64,000 nt of DNA from Longimicrobiales bacterium (lineage in GTDB: Bacteria > Gemmatimonadota > Gemmatimonadetes > Longimicrobiales > Gaopeijiaceae): assembly GCA_965238005.1 (NCBI GenBank), contig OZ250165.1, forward strand, positions 3,808,001 to 3,872,000. Direction: 5' to 3'. The translations under genes were made by a program, and so were the position numbers. Under the pieces are notes generated by a model. It was not told the DNA's origin. It did no database searches and saw nothing but the letters and a program-made list of their open reading frames with translations. This document shows, one piece after another, positions 9,657 through 20,625 of the stretch; the first letter of the stretch is position 1, and every line of letters starts with the position of its first letter.

Positions 9657-11396
9657 GTGACCGCTTCTCATGACGTAGTATTGGTGGGGGGCGGCGGAGC
9701 AGGATTACGTGCGGCCATTGCCATCGCGGAAACCAACCCCCGCCTCCGCATCGCCGTCGTCTCCAAGGTCTATCCCATGCGCAGCCACACGGTCTCGGCA
9801 GAGGGGGGCGCCGCGGGAGTAATCGCCGCAGACGACTCCCTCGACGAGCACGCCTATGACACCATCTCCGGTGGCGATTGGCTGTGCGATCAAGACGCCG
9901 TCGACGAGTTCGTGAGGGAGGCGCCGGAGGAGCTGCTCCGGTTGGAACACTGGGGTTGTCCCTGGAGTCGCACGCCCGAGGGCGGAGTTGCCGTGCGTCC
10001 GTTCGGCGGCATGAAGAGAAAGCGAACGTGGTTCGCGGCCGACAAGACCGGCTTCCACATGCTCCACACGCTGTTCCAAACCTCCCTCAAATTCCCGAGC
10101 GTCGTTCGCTACGACGAGTGGTTCGTGACCAAGCTCCTGGTCGATGATGGCCGGGTCCAAGGCGTCGTGGCGCTGGAGCTGATGTCCGGCAAGATCCAAC
10201 CGATTCTGGCCAAGGCCGTCATTCTGTGCACGGGCGGCTGCGGCCGCGTGTTTCCGTTCACCACCAACGGCAGCATCAAGAACGGCGACGGCATGGCGTT
10301 GGCCTACGCGGCCGGCGCCCCGCTCAAGGACATGGAGTTCGTCCAGTATCACCCGACGGGCCTCCCGTTCACCGGCATCCTCATCACGGAGGCGGCGCGG
10401 TCCGAGGGAGGCTGGTTGCTCAACAAAGACGGCTACCGCTACCTGCAGGACTACAACCTGGGCACGCCGGAGCCGAAACCGGTTCTGCGAAGCATGGAGA
10501 TGGGGCCTCGGGACCGTCTGTCGCAGGCTTTCGTCAAGGAGGTGGAGAAAGGGCGCACCATCGATGGCCCCTACGGCGCGGTGGTTCACCTCGACCTGCG
10601 GCATTTGGGCAGGCAGGTCATCGACGCCAAGATTCCGTTTGTGCGCGAGTTGTGTCGGAAATACCAGAATATCGACCCGGTCAAGGAGCTGATCCCGGTG
10701 CGGCCGGTCATCCACTACATGATGGGAGGGGTCCACACCGACATCCACGGTGCTACCGCCCTGGCCGGGCTGTACGCGGCTGGTGAGGTCGCGTGCGTGA
10801 GCATCAACGGCGCGAACCGGCTGGGATCCAATTCCCTGCCGGAGCTGCTCGTTTTCGGCGCGCGCGCCGGCCGTGCGGCGGCGGAGTATGCATCCACACG
10901 GACGGATCCGAACTCCAGTCTGCTGGCGCAGGCAGAGGATGAAAAACGGCGTTTGGAGCGCGACTTCCTGCACAAGACGGATGGCGTGGAACGCCCCGCC
11001 ACTATTCGCGAGGAGATGCAGGAGACCATGGAGCAGGCCGCCGGCATCTATCGCTCGGGAGAGGGGCTGACCCGGGCAGCCGACCGGCTGCGCGAGCTGC
11101 AGGAGCGCTTTCGTAACGTGGCCGTGCAGGATAGCAGCCGCACGTTCAACACCGAGCTGACCACCGTCTTGGAGCTGTCGTCCATGCTCGACGTTGCCGA
11201 GTCGATCGTCCACTGTGCGTTGTGGCGCGAAGAATCCAGGGGTGCCCACCAACGGACCGACTTCACCGACCGTGACGACGAACGTTTCCTGGCGCACTCG
11301 CTCATCTATCGTAATTCCGACGGCTCCTCCAGGGTCGAATGCCTGCCGGTGACCATCACCCGGTGGCCCCCTGGCGAGCGAGTATACGGGAGCTAA
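9657..11396 (+). CDS. frdA: Fumarate reductase flavoprotein subunit
   Basis: [16 protein letters not shown] covalent-FAD motif, [30 protein letters not shown]. Confidence 0.96.
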   Translation: MTASHDVVLVGGGGAGLRAAIAIAETNPRLRIAVVSKVYPMRSHTVSAEGGAAGVIAADDSLDEHAYDTISGGDWLCDQDAVDEFVREAPEELLRLEHWGCPWSRTPEGGVAVRPFGGMKRKRTWFAADKTGFHMLHTLFQTSLKFPSVVRYDEWFVTKLLVDDGRVQGVVALELMSGKIQPILAKAVILCTGGCGRVFPFTTNGSIKNGDGMALAYAAGAPLKDMEFVQYHPTGLPFTGILITEAARSEGGWLLNKDGYRYLQDYNLGTPEPKPVLRSMEMGPRDRLSQAFVKEVEKGRTIDGPYGAVVHLDLRHLGRQVIDAKIPFVRELCRKYQNIDPVKELIPVRPVIHYMMGGVHTDIHGATALAGLYAAGEVACVSINGANRLGSNSLPELLVFGARAGRAAAEYASTRTDPNSSLLAQAEDEKRRLERDFLHKTDGVERPATIREEMQETMEQAAGIYRSGEGLTRAADRLRELQERFRNVAVQDSSRTFNTELTTVLELSSMLDVAESIVHCALWREESRGAHQRTDFTDRDDERFLAHSLIYRNSDGSSRVECLPVTITRWPPGERVYGS

Positions 11397-11424
11397 CAAC
11401 CCGAGTATACGGGACACTAACAAC
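11379..11424. repeat. Imperfect tandem duplication of the frdA 3' end
   Basis: cgagtatacgggagctaacaac followed by cgagtatacgggacactaacaac. Confidence 0.8.
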
Positions 11425-11425
11425 T

Positions 11426-12169
11426 ATGGATGACCGTATCACAATGCAGCTGGCGCGGTACCGTCCCGAGGAGGAGGACGAGCCGACGTTCGAGGAATAC
11501 GAGGTACCGTGCCACAAGGAGTGGGTGGTTCTCGACGGGCTCAACTACATCAAGGACCAGCTGGACGGCACGCTGTCGTACCGTTGGTCGTGTCGCATGG
11601 GCATCTGCGGTAGTTGCGGCATGACCGTCAACGGAGAGCCGAAGCTGACATGCGCAACGTTCCTCACCGACTACGCGCCGGGTCCCGTGCGTCTCGAGCC
11701 GCTGCAAAACTTCCCCGTCATCCGGGATCTCATCGTCGAGATGACGGACTTCATGCAAAAGCTGACCACGATCAAGCCCTGGATCGTGCGCGACCAGGAA
11801 CGGCCTCTGGCGGAAGGAGAGTACAGGCAGACACCGGACGAACTGAGCGAGTACAAGCAGTACAGCATGTGCATCAATTGCATGCTGTGCTACGCCGCCT
11901 GCCCGGTGTACGGCCTCGACCCGAAGTTCCTCGGGCCGGCCGTGATTGCTCTGGCCCAGCGGTACAATCTCGATTCCCGCGACGAGGGATCCGGTGAGCG
12001 TCTCGATCTTCTTTCCCAGCACGAAGGAATCTGGGGCTGCACCTTCGTGGGCGAATGTACCGAGGTCTGTCCGAAGGACGTCGACCCCGCCGGCGCCATT
12101 CAGCGTTACAAGCTGGATGCCGCGCTGACGTCGCTCAAAGGCTTCCTTTTGCCGTGGGGCGCCAGATGA
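11426..12169 (+). CDS. frdB: Fumarate reductase iron-sulfur subunit
   Basis: [35 protein letters not shown] clusters. Confidence 0.96.
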   Translation: MDDRITMQLARYRPEEEDEPTFEEYEVPCHKEWVVLDGLNYIKDQLDGTLSYRWSCRMGICGSCGMTVNGEPKLTCATFLTDYAPGPVRLEPLQNFPVIRDLIVEMTDFMQKLTTIKPWIVRDQERPLAEGEYRQTPDELSEYKQYSMCINCMLCYAACPVYGLDPKFLGPAVIALAQRYNLDSRDEGSGERLDLLSQHEGIWGCTFVGECTEVCPKDVDPAGAIQRYKLDAALTSLKGFLLPWGAR

Positions 12170-12588
12170 GCGAGCGACCGACATACACGCGTTTCCACCC
12201 GCGCTGGTATCGTCGGCGGGTTTCCACGTGGTGGTGGTTGAAGCGCCGGTCCTCGGTCGTGTTCATCTTGCGCGAGATGAGCAGCATCTTCGTGGCGTGG
12301 TTCGTCGTGTTCTTTCTGCTGCTGGTCGCTGCAGTGGGCCGTGGAGAGGCTGCTTACCAGGAGTTCATGCGTTGGGCCGCGAACCCGGGCATCGTGCTCG
12401 TCAACCTCGTCAGCCTGTTCTTTGTCCTATTCCACGCCGTCACCTGGTTCAACCTGGCACCCCGGGCAATGGTGCTGCGCATGCGAGGCAAGCGAGTGCC
12501 GGGGAAATTGATTGCCGCCTCCAACTACGGCGCGTGGGTGGTGACGTCTCTCCTGGTGGCGTGGATCATCCTCGCTGGGTCGAGGTAG
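12166..12588 (+). CDS. frdC: Fumarate reductase membrane anchor subunit C
   Basis: ATGA overlap with frdB; WW.....FILRE.S, H..TWF.LAP.A; three TM helices. Confidence 0.9.
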   Translation: MSERPTYTRFHPRWYRRRVSTWWWLKRRSSVVFILREMSSIFVAWFVVFFLLLVAAVGRGEAAYQEFMRWAANPGIVLVNLVSLFFVLFHAVTWFNLAPRAMVLRMRGKRVPGKLIAASNYGAWVVTSLLVAWIILAGSR

Positions 12589-12590
12589 CG

Positions 12591-12944
12591 ATGGTAAAGC
12601 GAACGCTAGAGCCGCTCTTGTGGATTCTCTTCAGCGCCGGGGGCGTGGTGGCCGCCCTGGGGATCCCGGTCCTGCTGTTGCTGTTCGGCCTCGCCTTCCC
12701 TCTCGGCTGGCTCTCGCCCCCCAGTCATGCGCACATGCTCGCGGTGCTGGGCCACCCACTTTCGCGCGTGACGATTTTCGTCTCGTGCACGTTGTTGTTG
12801 TTTCACTGGGCGCACCGCTTTTGCTACACACTGTACGACGGGTTGCAGATCAAACACCTGAACGCGTTGATCGTCCTGCTGTGTTACGGTGGCGTGCTCG
12901 TCGGTACTATCGCTGCAGTGTACCTCGTCTGGCAGCTTTCATAG
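12591..12944 (+). CDS. frdD: Fumarate reductase membrane anchor subunit D
   Basis: EP..W.LFSAGG..AA, LFH.AHR; three TM helices. Confidence 0.9.
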   Translation: MVKRTLEPLLWILFSAGGVVAALGIPVLLLLFGLAFPLGWLSPPSHAHMLAVLGHPLSRVTIFVSCTLLLFHWAHRFCYTLYDGLQIKHLNALIVLLCYGGVLVGTIAAVYLVWQLS

Positions 12945-12955
12945 GGGAGTAGACC

Positions 12956-13498
12956 ATGCGTACTGCCCGCACCGCACTTGTGATCCTGGCCCTCGCCGCC
13001 ACCTACACTTCGAACGTCCTGGCGCAAAGCTCACCCCCGAACTTCCGCGTGGAGTTCGAGGGGCAGTTCAACGCATCCGCCGAGAAATTTGTGGCCCTCG
13101 CCAAGGCGATGCCGGAGGAGAGCTACGCCTGGAGTCCGATGGAGGGCGTGAGATCGGTGGCCCACGTATACATGCACATCGCGCGCTACAACTACTACTA
13201 TCCGGAGATCGCCCTGGACGTGCGCTCGCCCATGGGCGCTGCGGAGTGCGACAGCTGGGAGGAGGGGGTGGCCGACAAGTAGAAGGCCGTCGCCATCCTG
13301 GCCGAGTCGATGGAGCACGTCAGGCGCGTCGTGGCCTCCATGTCCTCGAAGGATCTCGAGGAGAAGACTCGGCTATACGGCCGTGATGTCGGTCAGTGGG
13401 CCGTCCTGCTCCAACTCGTTACCCACATGAACGAGCATCTCGGGCAGTCGATCGCTTACGCGCGCATGAACCACGTGGTGCCGCCATGGTCGCGGTAG
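12956..13498 (+). pseudogene. Secreted DinB-family protein interrupted by an in-frame TAG at 13280-13282
   Basis: Signal peptide, LA.AMP...Y.W.P..GVRS....HI, and H..EHLGQ.I.YAR..VPPWS in one frame across the stop. Confidence 0.85.
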
Positions 13499-13499
13499 A

Positions 13500-13544
13500 T
13501 TCGAGAACTTCTTTGAGGAGCTGAAGGCGCGGGTGGGGAACTGA
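13500..13544 (+). pseudogene. C-terminal tail remnant of a Ser/Thr kinase/TolB-propeller type protein
   Basis: FENFFEELKARVGN* resembles the N(W/F)FEELK..VGN terminus recalled for such proteins. Confidence 0.45.
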
Positions 13545-13545
13545 C

Positions 13546-13804
13546 ATGACCACGTCGAAGACTCAGAAACGTCACGATAACGCTGGACGAAGAGACCGCC
13601 CGGTGGGCTCGAATCGAAGCGGCTCGACGGGACACCTCCGTATCGAAGCTCCTCGGCGAGATCCTGCGGGCCGAAATGCGCCAAGACGCCCACTACGAGG
13701 CCGCGAAGCGGATGTACGTGGCCCAGGAGCCTGGGATTCATCGTTGTGAAGGCCAGCCCCTGCCCTCCAGGGAAGAGCTACACGATCGTGACCGTCTTCG
13801 TTGA
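13546..13804 (+). pseudogene. RHH/CopG-type antitoxin (VapB-like) with +1 frameshift near the start
   Basis: Frame RLRNVTITLDEETARWARIEAARRDTSVSKLLGEIL...SREELHDR is 1 nt out of register with ATG 13546 (259 nt span). Confidence 0.75.
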
Positions 13805-14231
13805 CACGAACGTCCTCGTCTACGTCCGCGATCGAAGCGAGGCCACGAGGCAGCGGCGGGCGGCGGAGTGGATGGGGAGCCTCTGGGAGACCGGCCTCGG
13901 GAGACTCAGCTACCAGGTGCTCCAGGAGTACTACGTCACCCTGACGACCAAGCTCGATCCGCCTCGCTCGAACCAGGACGCACGAGACGATGTCGTGGCG
14001 CTGCGTGCCTGGAAGCCCGCGGGCATCGATCATCGTACGATCGAGGGGGCGTGGGACGTCGAGGATCGCTACGGCTACTCGTGGTGGGATGCGCTCATCG
14101 TGGCGACGGCCCTCCAGTCCGGATCCCGATTCCTCTTGAGCGAAGACCTCCAGACCGGCCAGGTGATCGACACGATTACGATCATCAGCCCCTTCGCTCA
14201 GGACCCGGAGGAGATCCTGCCGGATCTCTGA
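13788..14231 (+). CDS. PIN-domain toxin (VapC-like)
   Basis: GTG start overlapping the antitoxin end; FVDTNVLVY, QVLQE, WDALI, LLSEDL acidic residues intact. Confidence 0.92.
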   Translation: MTVFVDTNVLVYVRDRSEATRQRRAAEWMGSLWETGLGRLSYQVLQEYYVTLTTKLDPPRSNQDARDDVVALRAWKPAGIDHRTIEGAWDVEDRYGYSWWDALIVATALQSGSRFLLSEDLQTGQVIDTITIISPFAQDPEEILPDL

Positions 14232-14451
14232 GGATCCCACCCGGACGCCGCTCGACCCAGCGCAGGTGGGTCACGCCAGGGGTGCGCCCGACGGGGGGCG
14301 CTGAGCCCCCCCGGATCAGACGTCGGCGACCGCCTCCGCCTCCTCGGGGGTTGGAGCAGCTCACGAACGAGTCGCTCCGCCTGGAGGCGGAAGAGGAGGT
14401 GGATCGACTGCTGGAGTCCAGCTAGTGCGTCTGCCCTGGAGGATCCGCTCG

Positions 14452-15495
14452 CTAGACCCCCGCCCCCACCTTCCTCTCCGCCGCCATCTGCACGATCAGG
14501 TCGCACAGTGCTGGGAAGCTGATGCCACCCGCCCGGGCGGCCTTGGGCAGGAGGCTGTTGCCCGTGAGCCCCGGGAGCGCGTTGGCCTCCAGGCACCACG
14601 CCTCGCCCGCCTGGTCCACCATGAAGTCCACGCGGGAGAAGTCCCGGAGGCGAAGGAGCCGGTGGACCTCCAGGGCCCGGGCCTGCAGCGTCTCGGCAAG
14701 CGCGTCTGGGATGTCGGCCGGGAAGATCTCCTCGGCCATCCCCGGCTGGTACTTGCACTCGTAGTCGAAGAGCGCGTGCTGGGACACGATCTCGCCCACG
14801 GGTAGGGCCTGATCGCCCAGGATCCCCACCGTGCACTCCCGGCCCTCGACGTAGACCTCGTACATCATGGGTGAGGGCGCCTTCGCGTCTTCGGCCACGG
14901 CGGCCACCACCTCGAGCTCCACCTGGAGCAGGGACAGGCGCACCGACGATCCCCCGGCCACCGGCTTGGCGATGACGGGAACGCCCAATCGCTCCATGAC
15001 CTGGTCGGCGTTGGGACTCAGCAGCCAGTCCGGGGTTGGGATCCCGGCGCTCCGTAGGATTCGCTTTGTGACGTCCTTGTCCATGGACAGGGCGCACCCG
15101 AGCATGCCGCTCCCGGCGTAACGGACCCCGGCGATGTCCAGGAGGGCCTGGAGTGTGCCGTCCTCCCCCATGCCACCGTGGAGCACCGGGAAGATGATGT
15201 CGGCCTGGACGATCTCCTCCCGGGTGGCCAGCGCGGTGCCTGAGGCGGTCGCTCCCCCGCCCGCCCCCCCCATTGCTCCCCCACCCCCCGGGCCCACGGT
15301 CTCGGACGGCGGCAGCGCCCGGACTCCCGACGCGAGGATGATCCGCTCGCCGAGCTCGGCGAGCGGGCCCTTCACGGGATCCAGGGCCACCACGTCGTGC
15401 CCGGCCTGCCGGAGGGCGTCCGCCACCTGGCAACCGGACACCAGCGAGACGTCCCGCTCCTCGGACTCACCCCCGAGAAGGACGACGACCTTCAT
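14452..15495 (-). CDS. ddl: D-alanine--D-alanine ligase
   Basis: GG.S.ERDVSL.SG, LHGG.GEDG.LQ, MDK, DYECKY, RVDF, LEANALPGLT..SLLP. Confidence 0.95.
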   Translation of the reverse strand: MKVVVLLGGESEERDVSLVSGCQVADALRQAGHDVVALDPVKGPLAELGERIILASGVRALPPSETVGPGGGGAMGGAGGGATASGTALATREEIVQADIIFPVLHGGMGEDGTLQALLDIAGVRYAGSGMLGCALSMDKDVTKRILRSAGIPTPDWLLSPNADQVMERLGVPVIAKPVAGGSSVRLSLLQVELEVVAAVAEDAKAPSPMMYEVYVEGRECTVGILGDQALPVGEIVSQHALFDYECKYQPGMAEEIFPADIPDALAETLQARALEVHRLLRLRDFSRVDFMVDQAGEAWCLEANALPGLTGNSLLPKAARAGGISFPALCDLIVQMAAERKVGAGV

Positions 15496-15497
15496 CC

Positions 15498-16889
15498 CTA
15501 GCCCACCGCCCCCGTGAGATCCCGCACCACGTCGTAGCGGGTCAGGATTCCCTTGAGCTCCCCGTCAGCACGCACCAGGACCGCCGGGTTCTCCCGGGTC
15601 AGGAGCCGCGCCGCCTCGTCGGCGTCCAGATGGCTGTCCACCACCGGGAAGGGCGCGTCCATGACCGATTCCACAGGCCGGTCCAGGAGCTCGGGGTCCT
15701 CGATGACGGTGGACATGAGCTCCGCCTCGGTGAGGGAGCCGACGCACTCGCCGTCCAGAACCACCGGCACCTGCGAGACGTGGAACGAGGTGATCGTGGA
15801 GAGGGCGCCCCGGACCGAAGTCGTGGGCTGAACCGTCACCAGCTCCGGAGCGTCGGCGCCCTTCTGCAGCACCATCTCGTGAATGCTCCGGTGTGCTCTC
15901 CTGAGGAAGCCGTTCTCCCGCATCCAGTCGTCGTCGTAGAGCTTGGACAGGTAGTGCTCGCCCCAGTCGCACAGGAGCGTGACGATCACGGCGTCGGGAT
16001 CGTTCACCTCCTTGGCGATCTCGACGGCCGCGTGGACAAGGAGTCCCGACGAGCCCCCGGCGAAGAGCCCCTCTTCCCGGCACAGCCGGCGCGTCATGGC
16101 GAAGGAGTCGGCGTCGCTCACCCTGACCCACCGGTCCGTGACGCTCATGTCCAGCGCTCCGGGGATCTTGTCGCTCCCCAGCCCCTCCACCTTGTAGGGT
16201 TCGCCTTCGATCATCTCGCCCGTGTCGAAAAAGGTCTTCAAGATCGATCCCACCGGATCCACGCCGATGATCTGCACGTCCGGGTTCCGCTCCTTCAGGA
16301 ACCGGCCCACCCCGGTAATCGTCCCTCCGGTGCCTGAGCCGGCCAGGAAGTGGGTGACCTCGCCGTCGGTCTGCTCCCACACTTCCGGACCCGTGCTTTC
16401 GTAGTGCGCCTCGGGGTTCGCGGGGTTGTAGAACTGATCCGCAAGAATGGCGCCAGGCGTCTCCCGCGCGATCCTCGCGGCCTTCTGCGTGTAGTGGTCG
16501 GGGTGGTCCGGGGGTACCGCCGTGGGAACGATCACCACGTCGGCGCCGAACGAGCGGAGGAGCTTCACCTTCTCCTGGCTCATCTTGTCGGGCATGGTGA
16601 AGATGCAGCGATAGCCGCGGATGGCAGCCACCATTGCCAGGGCCAGCCCGGTGTTCCCGCTGGTGGCCTCGACGATGACGCCGCCGGGCTTGAGTGCTCC
16701 TTCCCGCTCGGCCTTCTCCACGATGGCCAGGCCGATGCGGTCCTTCACCGATCCCCCGGGGTTCATGAACTCGCACTTCGCGTAGATCGTCCCGGGGACG
16801 CCCTGGGTGACGCTGTTCAGCCGAATGAGCGGCGTCCCGCCCACCACCTCAGTGACGTTGTCGTAGGGGCGAGCGTGATTCTCGCTCAT
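15498..16889 (-). CDS. Cystathionine beta-synthase with C-terminal CBS pair
   Basis: NPGGSVKDR PLP lysine, EATSGNTG, GTGGT, YKVEG.G, YLSKLYDDDWM, CBS domains. Confidence 0.92.
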   Translation of the reverse strand: MSENHARPYDNVTEVVGGTPLIRLNSVTQGVPGTIYAKCEFMNPGGSVKDRIGLAIVEKAEREGALKPGGVIVEATSGNTGLALAMVAAIRGYRCIFTMPDKMSQEKVKLLRSFGADVVIVPTAVPPDHPDHYTQKAARIARETPGAILADQFYNPANPEAHYESTGPEVWEQTDGEVTHFLAGSGTGGTITGVGRFLKERNPDVQIIGVDPVGSILKTFFDTGEMIEGEPYKVEGLGSDKIPGALDMSVTDRWVRVSDADSFAMTRRLCREEGLFAGGSSGLLVHAAVEIAKEVNDPDAVIVTLLCDWGEHYLSKLYDDDWMRENGFLRRAHRSIHEMVLQKGADAPELVTVQPTTSVRGALSTITSFHVSQVPVVLDGECVGSLTEAELMSTVIEDPELLDRPVESVMDAPFPVVDSHLDADEAARLLTRENPAVLVRADGELKGILTRYDVVRDLTGAVG

Positions 16890-16986
16890 GTCCGTATATG
16901 TCCTAATCGTGTGGTCGGGGCTGGACCTCGCTGCACAGTCAGCCTCCGGACCTCTCCGCTCGGTCGGGGCCGGACCTTCCGCACGG

Positions 16987-17364
16987 TCAGGGGCGGGGCT
17001 TCTTCGAGAAGTGGACGGGGACGTGGGCCCAGACCCCGATGCGCTTCCCGTACTTGCGAGCCGGGCTGAACTTGAGGGTTCTGGCGCCTCGGATGGCGGA
17101 GGAGTCGAAGGCGATGTGCCCGCTCGACTCCAGGACCAGCACGCTATCGACGTCGCCCAGAGCCGTCACCCGGACCTTGAGCATGCAGCGCCCCTCGATG
17201 CCCTGGTCCCACAGCTCCAGCGGGTATTCGATCGGCACCGACGCCGACAGGGGTGACGGGCTTTCGATGTCCGGGTCACTGGTGCAGCCCATGACGCCGG
17301 CGGCAAGGAGCGCACCCGCCAGGCGAGCGCCGGTCAGGCGAGCGCCAGTCAGAGATCGGTTCAC
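16987..17364 (-). CDS. Small lipoprotein with TonB C-terminal domain
   Basis: GTGA overlap with mutS stop; lipobox-like VMGC; YP......GIEG, G.V..V.V..SSG...FD.SA, F.PA. Confidence 0.8.
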   Translation of the reverse strand: MNRSLTGARLTGARLAGALLAAGVMGCTSDPDIESPSPLSASVPIEYPLELWDQGIEGRCMLKVRVTALGDVDSVLVLESSGHIAFDSSAIRGARTLKFSPARKYGKRIGVWAHVPVHFSKKPRP

Positions 17365-20021
17365 TCCGCGTCTCCGGTTCCGGATTCGTCCCGGAGCTCG
17401 AACAACAGGTCCAAGGCTTCCCTCGGCGTCATCGTTTCCGGATCGATGGACCGGAGCCGCTTCAGGATCGGCGGCTCCGCCGCCGCGAAGAACGACAGCT
17501 GATCCGGAGGAGGCTCGGAACCGGGCCGATGCTCTCCGTAACGGCCCAGCCCCTCTCCTCCACCCGAATGTGTTCCCTCCAGCTCGGTCAGAAGTTCCCT
17601 GGCACGGGCGATGACGTCGGTGGGCAACCCCGCGAGGCGTGCCACCTGAATGCCGTAAGAGCGGTCCGCTCCGCCGTCTTCGAGCCTCCGCAGGAAGACG
17701 ATCTCGTCGCCCACCTCCCGCACGAGCACGTTCATGTTCTTCACGCCGGGGAGCAGGTCGCCGAGCTGGGTGAGCTCGTGGTAGTGAGTGGCGAAGATGG
17801 TCTTGCAGCCCAGGTTCTCGTGCAGGTACTCGGTGACGGCCCAGGCGATGGAGACGCCGTCGTAGGTGCTGGTCCCCCTCCCTATCTCGTCCAGGAGCAC
17901 CAGGCTCTGGTCGGTGGCCCCGTGGATGATGGACGCCGTCTCGTTCATCTCCACCATGAACGTCGACTGCCCGCGAGCCAGATTGTCGGAGGCGCCCACC
18001 CGGGTGAAGATGCGGTCGCACACTGGGAGTCTGGCCCGGTTCGCCGGCACGAAGGAGCCGATCTGGGCCATGAGGTGGATGAGGCCCACCTGCCGGAGCA
18101 CCGTGGACTTCCCCGCCATGTTGGGGCCCGTGAGGATGACGATGCGTCCGTCCTCGTCCAGGGAGAGGTCGTTGGGGATGAACGACTCGGCGGGCATCAT
18201 CGTCTCCACCACCGGATGCCGGCCGGCCTCGATCTCCACCTCAAACCCCGTATGGACCTCCGGACGGATGTACTGCCGCCGCTCCGCCACGTGGGCCAGG
18301 GTGGTGAGGACGTCGAGGCGGGCGGCCCGGGCACCCGCCTCCTGAATGCGGGACACCTCGGCCGCCACTCGCTGTCGCACCTCGCCGAAGAGCTCGGCCT
18401 CGAGCTTCTCCATGCGGTCCTCAGCGCCGAAGACCTTCTCCTCCCACTCCTTCAGCTCGGGCGTGAAGTAGCGCTCGGCGTTGGTCAGCGTCTGTTTGCG
18501 GATGTAGTCCTCGGGCACCTTGTCGCGGTTCGCCTTGGTGACCTCCAGGTAGTATCCGAAGACCCTGTTGAAGCCGACCTTGAGTGAGTTGATGCCCGTG
18601 CGCTCCCGCTCCCGGTTCTGAAGGCCCGCGATGAAGTGCCGGGCGCCGTCCCGGGTCTGGCGAAGGTCGTCCAGCTCCTCGGAGTAGCCCTCCCGGATCG
18701 CGCCGCCCTCCTGGAGCGTGGCTGGGGCGTCGGGCGAGATGGCCGTCTCCACGAGCTCGCGCACATCATCCAGGAGATCCATCTCGGCGACCAGGCCCCC
18801 CAGGAGCGCGCTCTCCGCCCCCTCCCCCGCATGCCGGATGGTGGGAAGCTCGGCCAGGGACCGGCTCAGGCCCAGGAGCTCCCGGGGCGAGACCCGCCCC
18901 GCCCCCACCTTGCCCGCCAGCCGCTCCAGGTCGGTCATGCGGCCCAGGGCCTCCCGGAGGCGGTCCCGCAGGTCGGGCTCATTGAAGAGCTCGGTCACCG
19001 CCTCCTGCCGGCTCCAGATCTCCTCGGCGTCCACCAACGGATGGAGGAGCCAGCGCCGGAGAGCCCGGGCACCCATAGCCGTGACGGTCTCGCCCAGCAC
19101 CGAGATGAGGGTCCCGCCCTCTTCGCCCACCCGCAGGGGCTCGACCAGCTCCAGGTTCCGGCGGGTCATCTCGTCCAGGAGCATGGCGCTCCCGCGCCGG
19201 AGGATCTGCGGGGTTCGCAGGTGCGTCACTCCCCCCGGCCTGATCTCGCCCACGTAGGTCAGGAGCGCCCCGGTGGCGCGCACCAGAACGCGGTCGTCCT
19301 TCTGGAAGCCGAAGGCGTCCAGGCTCTGCACGCCGTAGCGGCGCTTCAGCTCGTCGGCAGCCGTCTCGTAGTCGAAGACCCAGTCGTCCCGGTAGGTGCG
19401 GAGGACGCCGGGGGCCGCATCGGACAGTGCGGCGTGCGCAGCGCCCGGCGCTCCACCCACGGCCGCGGCGTCCTCCCCTTCCAGCGACCGCGGGAGCAGC
19501 AGTTCGGTGGGGTCGCGCAGCCCCAGCTCGGCCCGGAGCTCGGCGGGCGGTACGGCCTGGGCCGAGAGCTCGCCGGTGGAGAGGTCCAGGGTGGCCAAGC
19601 CCACGCCCTGCTCCGTGGCCTCGGTGAGGGCTACCAGGAAGTTGTTCCGCTTGGCGGTCAGGAGCGTGTCCTGGAGGACGGTTCCGGGGGTGACCGTCTC
19701 GGTGACCTCACGGCGGACGATCCCCTTGGCCTCGGCCGGATCCTCCACCTGATCACAGATGGCCACCTTCCGGCCCAGCTTGACCAGCCGGCCGAGATAC
19801 TCGTCCAGAGCCTTGGCCGGGACGCCGGCTAGGGGCACCCGTGCAGCGGCCCCGTTGTTCCTGGAAGTGAGGGTGAGACCGAGGAGGCGTGAGCCCTCTT
19901 CCGCGTCGCCGTAGAACAGCTCGTAGAAGTCCCCGACCCGGAAGAAAACAAGGGAGTCCCGGTGACGGGATTTCACCTCTCGCCACTGGCGCATCAGTGG
20001 AGTATCGTCAGCCTTTGGCAT
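17361..20021 (-). CDS. mutS: DNA mismatch repair protein MutS
   Basis: TPLMRQW, GDFYELF, GPNMAGKST, STFMVEM, DEIGRGTST, FATHYHEL, SYGI.VA.LAG. Confidence 0.98.
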   Translation of the reverse strand: MPKADDTPLMRQWREVKSRHRDSLVFFRVGDFYELFYGDAEEGSRLLGLTLTSRNNGAAARVPLAGVPAKALDEYLGRLVKLGRKVAICDQVEDPAEAKGIVRREVTETVTPGTVLQDTLLTAKRNNFLVALTEATEQGVGLATLDLSTGELSAQAVPPAELRAELGLRDPTELLLPRSLEGEDAAAVGGAPGAAHAALSDAAPGVLRTYRDDWVFDYETAADELKRRYGVQSLDAFGFQKDDRVLVRATGALLTYVGEIRPGGVTHLRTPQILRRGSAMLLDEMTRRNLELVEPLRVGEEGGTLISVLGETVTAMGARALRRWLLHPLVDAEEIWSRQEAVTELFNEPDLRDRLREALGRMTDLERLAGKVGAGRVSPRELLGLSRSLAELPTIRHAGEGAESALLGGLVAEMDLLDDVRELVETAISPDAPATLQEGGAIREGYSEELDDLRQTRDGARHFIAGLQNRERERTGINSLKVGFNRVFGYYLEVTKANRDKVPEDYIRKQTLTNAERYFTPELKEWEEKVFGAEDRMEKLEAELFGEVRQRVAAEVSRIQEAGARAARLDVLTTLAHVAERRQYIRPEVHTGFEVEIEAGRHPVVETMMPAESFIPNDLSLDEDGRIVILTGPNMAGKSTVLRQVGLIHLMAQIGSFVPANRARLPVCDRIFTRVGASDNLARGQSTFMVEMNETASIIHGATDQSLVLLDEIGRGTSTYDGVSIAWAVTEYLHENLGCKTIFATHYHELTQLGDLLPGVKNMNVLVREVGDEIVFLRRLEDGGADRSYGIQVARLAGLPTDVIARARELLTELEGTHSGGGEGLGRYGEHRPGSEPPPDQLSFFAAAEPPILKRLRSIDPETMTPREALDLLFELRDESGTGDAE

Positions 20022-20202
20022 TCCGCGGGGTAAGGGGCTAGCGCGCCATGTCGAGCGTAAATGTGGTGGTCTCCCAACATACGATACCCACCCTCAGGAA
20101 CCCGATCAACCAACCGTGTCATGAGGAGGATCCTCCGACACGGCCTTCAGCCGGGGGATCAACTCGGTGCAGCTCCTGAACCGAGCCGACACCCAAGCAC
20201 CC

Positions 20203-20625
20203 ATGCGCATCATCGCCCACAACGGCGCCCCCGAGTGGGGCGGCGCCGAGATCACCCTCACCGACCTCCTGGCCGGACTGGCCGGACGGGGCCACGAGGT
20301 GACCCTGTTCGCAAACCACCCCGTGGTCATGGAGCGCGCCCAGGCCAAGGGCATCGCCACCCGGCAGGTGCATCTCGGAGGCGACATCGCGCTGCACAAC
20401 GCCGTCCTCCTGAGTAGGGCACTCCGTGTTGAGAGGCCCGACGCCCTTCTGGTGAGCACGTTTCGGAAGCTCTGGCTGGCGGCCCTGGGCGCACGCATGG
20501 CCGGGGTGCCCCGAGTCGTGGCCCGCGTCGGGCTCTCCACCGACACGCCCGGGAGCGCCAAGTACCGCTTCATCTTGAAGCGCTGCGTTGATCAGGTTGT
20601 CTTCGTGGCCGACGGGATGCGGAAA
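20203..20625 (+). pseudogene. Glycosyltransferase family 4, N-terminal domain only
   Basis: WGGAE....L..GL..RGHEV GT-B N-terminal motif; similarity ends where the opposite-strand copA fragment begins. Confidence 0.75.

Noticed and set aside
14232..14425. Coding-like tail LEQLTNESLRLEAEEEVDRLLESS*
   Set aside because: Possibly a gene remnant, but there is no start or recognisable family.
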